This document shows positions 62,100-64,000 of a stretch of DNA of 64,000 bases, one piece after another. Origin of the DNA: an uncultured Alphaproteobacteria bacterium (GTDB lineage Bacteria > Pseudomonadota > Alphaproteobacteria > Rhodobacterales > Rhodobacteraceae). Made by a program: the position numbers and the translations under genes. The stretch spans positions 528,745 to 592,744 of the forward strand of contig CAWFLE010000001.1 of assembly GCA_963816545.1 (NCBI GenBank). The letters run 5' to 3'. Positions within the stretch are counted from its first letter, which is position 1, and each line of letters begins with the position of its first letter. The notes beneath the pieces are model-generated. The model searched no databases, was not told the DNA's origin, and saw only the letters and a program-made list of their open reading frames with translations.

Positions 62100-63746
62100 A
62101 TGAACGCCCGATCCAACCTAGTCCGGTCCGCGCTGGCCGGCCTCGCCGCGCTCGCGGCCGGGGCCGCGAGCGCGCAGACCGACGACCGGCCCACGATCAC
62201 CGTGGCGGTCCAGGACATCGTGACCTCCGGCGCGCTCGACGTGATGCGCGAGCGTTCGAACGTCGGCGCCCGGGTCTTCCACTCGATCTTCGAGGGGCTG
62301 ATCGACTACGAGCGGCAGGACCCGAACCTGCCGCGGAAGCCGATGCTCGCCACCGAGTGGCGGCAGGTGGACGACAACACCGTCGAGCTGAAGCTGCGCG
62401 AGGGGGTGGTCTTCCACAACGGCGACGTGATGGACGCCGACGACGTGGTCTTCACCTTCTCGCCCGAGCGGTTCGGCCTGCTGCCCGAGCAGGTGGCCGC
62501 GCAGGAGCAGGGGGCGGAGCTCTTCACCCGCAACGTCTCGGGCGTGCGCGGCAAGGTTCCGCCGCCGGAGGTCGGGGCGATCTACAAGCGGTCCTGGCCG
62601 CTGCTGGACCGGGTGGAGAAGGTGGACGACATGACCGTCCGCTTCGTCACCTCGCAGCCCGATCCGACGCTGATCGGGCGGATCTCTCGCATGGGGTCGG
62701 AGATCTATTCGGAGCGGGCGTATCGCGAGGCCGAGAGCTGGCTCGCCCACGCCCAGGCGCCCGTCGGTACCGGGCCTTACAAGGTGGTCCGCTTCCAGGA
62801 CGACAACATCCTGGAGCTGGAGGCGCATGACGCCTACTGGGGCGGCACGCCGCCCATCAGGACCCTGCGCTTCGTGGTGGTCCCCGAGGTCGCGTCGCGC
62901 GTCAACGGCCTGCTGTCCGGCGAATACGACTTCATCACCGACGTCCCCCCCGACCAGATCGAGATCATCGAGCAGGCCGAGGGCGTGGAGGTCGTCGGCG
63001 GTCCCATCACCAACCACCGCCTGATGGTGTTCGACAAGAACAACGGCGCGATGAAGAACCCGAAGGTGCGCCAGGCCATCACCCACGCCATCGACCGCCA
63101 GCTGATCGTCGATGCGCTGTGGGGCGGCCGCACTCGCGTCCCGCCGGGGCTGCAGTGGGAATACTACGGCGACATGTTCATCGACGGCTGGGAAGTCCCC
63201 CAATACGACCCCGAGCTGGCGAAGAAGCTGCTGGACGAGGCCGGCTATGATGGCGAGCTCATCGTGATGCGGGTGCTGAACAACTACTACACCAACCAGG
63301 TCTCCACCGCCCAGATCAACGCCGAGTCCTTCCGCCAGATCGGGCTCAACATCGACTTCCAGATGAAGGAGAACTGGCAGCAGATCATGGATCCGTCCGA
63401 CAACCGGGCGATCCGCGACTGGTCGAACTCCGCGCCCTTCCCGGATCCGGTGGCCTCCATCGTCAACCAGCACTGCCCCAACGGCGGGCAGCAGCAGTCC
63501 GGCGAATGGACCAACGCGGAGTTCAACGAGAGTTGCGTGATCCTCGAGACCTCCATGGACCATGACGCCCGCAAGGCCGCGTTCAAGCGGATGCTGGAGA
63601 TCATCGAGCGGGAGGATCCGGGCTACACCGTCCTCCACCAGAACGTGATCTTCTACGGCAAGCGCAAGGACATCGCGTGGGAGTGGTCGGGCCTCCAGTC
63701 CATGGACTTCCGCGCCGACAACTTCGCGATCCAGCCGTCGAACTGA
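62100..63746 (+). CDS. ABC transporter substrate-binding protein, family 5 (agrocinopine AccA-like)
   Basis: Signal peptide, SNVGARV, LREGVVFHNG, TFSPERF, PVGTGPY, SGEYD, NNYYTN, IRDWSN. Confidence 0.85.
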   Translation: MNARSNLVRSALAGLAALAAGAASAQTDDRPTITVAVQDIVTSGALDVMRERSNVGARVFHSIFEGLIDYERQDPNLPRKPMLATEWRQVDDNTVELKLREGVVFHNGDVMDADDVVFTFSPERFGLLPEQVAAQEQGAELFTRNVSGVRGKVPPPEVGAIYKRSWPLLDRVEKVDDMTVRFVTSQPDPTLIGRISRMGSEIYSERAYREAESWLAHAQAPVGTGPYKVVRFQDDNILELEAHDAYWGGTPPIRTLRFVVVPEVASRVNGLLSGEYDFITDVPPDQIEIIEQAEGVEVVGGPITNHRLMVFDKNNGAMKNPKVRQAITHAIDRQLIVDALWGGRTRVPPGLQWEYYGDMFIDGWEVPQYDPELAKKLLDEAGYDGELIVMRVLNNYYTNQVSTAQINAESFRQIGLNIDFQMKENWQQIMDPSDNRAIRDWSNSAPFPDPVASIVNQHCPNGGQQQSGEWTNAEFNESCVILETSMDHDARKAAFKRMLEIIEREDPGYTVLHQNVIFYGKRKDIAWEWSGLQSMDFRADNFAIQPSN

Positions 63747-63801
63747 GCGACCGGGCCGGGGCGCGAAGTTCCCGGCCCATTTCTTCATCCCGGAGCGCGC
63801 C

Positions 63802-64000
63802 ATGACCCCGCCCCTGATGGCCCTGCGCGGCCTGACCGTGGATTTCGACATCGGCCGCCGCTACGTGCGCGCCCTGCACGGCGTGGACATGGAGGTCCGG
63901 CGCGGCGAGACGCTGGGCGTGGTGGGCGAGAGCGGCTGCGGCAAGTCCATCACCTGGCTCGCTGCGCTGGGGCTGCTGCCGGGCGCGAAGGTGGGCGGGT
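63802..64000 (+). CDS. ABC transporter ATP-binding protein (DppD/OppD-like), truncated by the window end
   Basis: MTPPLMALRGLTVDF...ALHGVDMEVRRGETLGVVGESGCGKS (Walker A). Confidence 0.88.
   Translation, partial: MTPPLMALRGLTVDFDIGRRYVRALHGVDMEVRRGETLGVVGESGCGKSITWLAALGLLPGAKVGG

Overview
High-GC chromosomal segment of an alphaproteobacterium. Gene content and synteny (ccrA-ecm, petPR, atpHAGDC, DUF6280, luxRI between a helicase and ccrA) point to Rhodobacterales. Most of it is housekeeping: leucine and purine catabolism, accA, gdh, hrpB, meaB, rpmB, lepA, pyrD, F1-ATPase, gpmI-envC-ctpA-rppH, rsfS-rlmH, ilvE and the start of an ABC peptide-type transporter. Main points of interest: (1) a tandem quorum-sensing locus luxR-luxI-small ORF-luxR-luxI, with a lux-box-like palindrome before the small ORF and a full CtrA box (TTAA-N7-TTAA) before each gene of the second pair; (2) an AT-rich insertion directly after lepA encoding a proteasome-beta/Ntn-hydrolase-like protein with an N-terminal Thr, flanked by a GTAG-type REP doublet; (3) a lone degenerate 3'-5' exonuclease-fold protein with a C-terminal TM helix and an intact IS3-family element inserted just upstream; (4) dsyB (DMSP synthesis) inside the allantoin-catabolism cluster; (5) a DUF2946 CxxC/RxPP leader gene with an SD-sequestering hairpin before a PCuAC copper chaperone; (6) a parS site. 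Single-base frameshifts in accA, lepA and especially ecm look like sequencing or consensus errors, so every pseudogene call here needs read-level checking. All product calls come from motif recognition by eye; no searches were run. No rRNA, tRNA or CRISPR array was seen.
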